Shown here piece by piece: positions 61,901 to 64,000 of a stretch of DNA of 64,000 nt. This DNA comes from Botryllus schlosseri (Eukaryota). The DNA is taken from assembly GCA_051294905.1 (NCBI GenBank), contig CM119371.1:1056001-1120000 (forward strand), written 5' to 3'. The position numbers and the translations under genes were made by a program. Positions within the stretch are counted from its first letter, which is position 1, and the number at the start of each line of letters is the position of its first letter. The notes below the pieces were generated by a model. That model saw nothing but the letters and a program-made list of their open reading frames with translations, did not search any database and was not told where the DNA came from.

Positions 61901-64000
61901 GACCCAAGTCGTTTACTTGGAAAAGGGAAATGGCAAATGACTCAACTCAACTGGAGATACTTCGTGTATTGACTCGACTTGTGCTCGAGTAGTCAAGGCG
62001 CATGATTCGACAAACTCCTATGACTCGAAAAATTCTATATGACTTGAATCAAGTGTCGCGTAACAGGTTGTGGAACTGTTTGAGACTCGTGTCTAGTCAT
62101 GAATCGAGTTATTACAAGTCTCAATTTGCTTCTGTTTAAATTTCATTATCAGCTAACAGAGAAGTTGATTCTTACAATTTTGAAAAATTACTGGCAAATT
62201 AGTACCAGAAGGCTAAGCAAAAGCCCGCGGCAGCACATTGTCTCAATATGCTTAATAATACTACTGACACCAGTACTGTTCAGAAATACTGAATTTAAAT
62301 ATTACTTCAAGTCGTTGATGACAAGTCTTGTAAATCGCTTGTAATTGCCTAAAATGAACAGCATTACTGCTACTTCAATCGCCAGACAGTGTAAGGCTAG
62401 AGCCAGGTTTGCAATGACTCCATCCGAGTCGGACTCGAGTCAATATCTTAATATTGGATATCGACTCGATTTGAGTCACTTTGTCTCTTGACTCGAAGCG
62501 AGCCATTTTTTTAATTTCAAGATAATGACTGTAAGACATTTAAAAATTTGCAAACCTACCGTTTAGTGAATTTATTGAAAAGTTTGCGAACCACTGGGTT
62601 ACAAGATCATAATTGTAATGCGACCTCAATGTCGATGCCAATCTCAATTGTGTCTTGAAAAGTATGTCACGGTATTAAACTAACCTTGTATTACAATGGA
62701 AAATGATGTTGCTTGAAAGTTGAAAAATTGCTTGGATCTGATCCATAGAAAGACCTCGTCTGTAATGGCAAAGAAAAGACACGTCGGTTAATATGCCATT
62801 CAAATTCAAACTTTACAGTCAGCCAATGTGTTGAGACTTTTTGTAACAGGCAAAAGCAGTTATATCAGTCGTGACGTCACATAATGAAAAAAGGCTCAAA
62901 TCCGGAATCATTGATATGGCGATGAAAGAAAATCAGAACTTACCCATACGGCACCTTTCAGCCTGTTAGACATTGATGTTCGTCAGATTGATCGGCTGAG
63001 ATTGCCGTACGAATGTCCTTTTTGATCCAACTGATGAAGCATCGGAGGAATAGGACTTAAAATGAATGTCATGTGATGATCTTCCATGAGCAAGATCTCT
63101 ATTAGAAGAATGAGGACATGAAAATTTGACAAGGTCATGCCATTTCCCACACACATGATGTAGGCTACTATGCAGAAAGTATGGCATAATTAGATATGAA
63201 GAGGTGAGAGGTGCGATATGACTTCTTACTGACAATGATAGCATACATTAGCACATTGTATTCGAAGACTCAACACACCATGAACAGCATACACACAACT
63301 CACAATCTAATAACAGTAGTTTCATATAGAGAATGTTACTTAAAAGTATCCACTGAGAGATCAAACTAACGTAGCATGTGACTGTTTCATTATGGAAGAT
63401 ACTGATTCTTCTATTTGTAAGACTACTTACACTCATTGGCAACCACGAGATGCACTTCATGCTTTTTTCAAGTTTCATTCCAAGCGGACGTCCTTCTTGA
63501 TAGTTGGAGAGAGACATCTGAGAATGTTAAGTGCATTAAAGATGAATGGCTCTTATATGAATGGGTGTTCTGATCAATAGATTCACTGATTGTTTCCAGA
63601 ACGCTATGCACTGCATTACTAATACTGATTTATAGTGGAGAAAAGAAATAATTCACATATTTCGATTTTTTGTCAACTTGACTCGCCTCGAGTCATTTCC
63701 TTGGACAATGGAAATGGCAAATGACTCCAGTTCACTTGTGACACTTTGTGTGTGGACTCAATTTATAGGCCTACTACAGTCAATACGCATGTCTCTATGA
63801 ATTTATATGACTCAGTCATTCCATATTACTTGATTCGAGTCTCTTTTATCAGGATCAATACTGGAAAAATAGGCAATAAATTGTCTGAGACTCGAGACAA
63901 GTCAATTCCTGACTCGAGTTACTACAAGCCTGAATATAGCCAATGTATGGTTATAAAAGGATAGTGTATCGAAAATCTTGACTATTTGCGTTGCTGTTGT

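Overview
AT-rich eukaryotic (animal, plausibly ascidian/tunicate - inference only) genomic DNA. The left half holds one multi-exon minus-strand NLR-type gene, reconstructed by hand from phase-consistent GT-AG junctions: start 33516, running towards or past position 1, at least ~916 codons. It has a short N-terminus with no death-fold domain but an N/Q/G/V/I-rich, amyloid-signalling-like motif ([18 protein letters not shown]), then a NACHT domain with a DGLDQ Walker B, then highly divergent LRR-like phase-0 exons. One of its introns contains a full-length but decayed Kolobok-type DNA transposon (8903-13999; TTAA TSD, long TIRs). This element carries a THAP-DDE transposase pseudogene and a convergent KolX/P2X7-ballast-like zinc-cysteine pseudogene. 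The rest of the window is densely packed with nested non-autonomous DNA transposons (mostly hAT-type with 8-bp TSDs), a hATm transposase remnant, three copies of a tRNA-derived SINE, and a 6-bp-TSD element carrying a TTAGGG-containing G-rich minisatellite. No prokaryotic features, CRISPR arrays or rRNA were seen. Most short ORFs in the supplied track are incidental.
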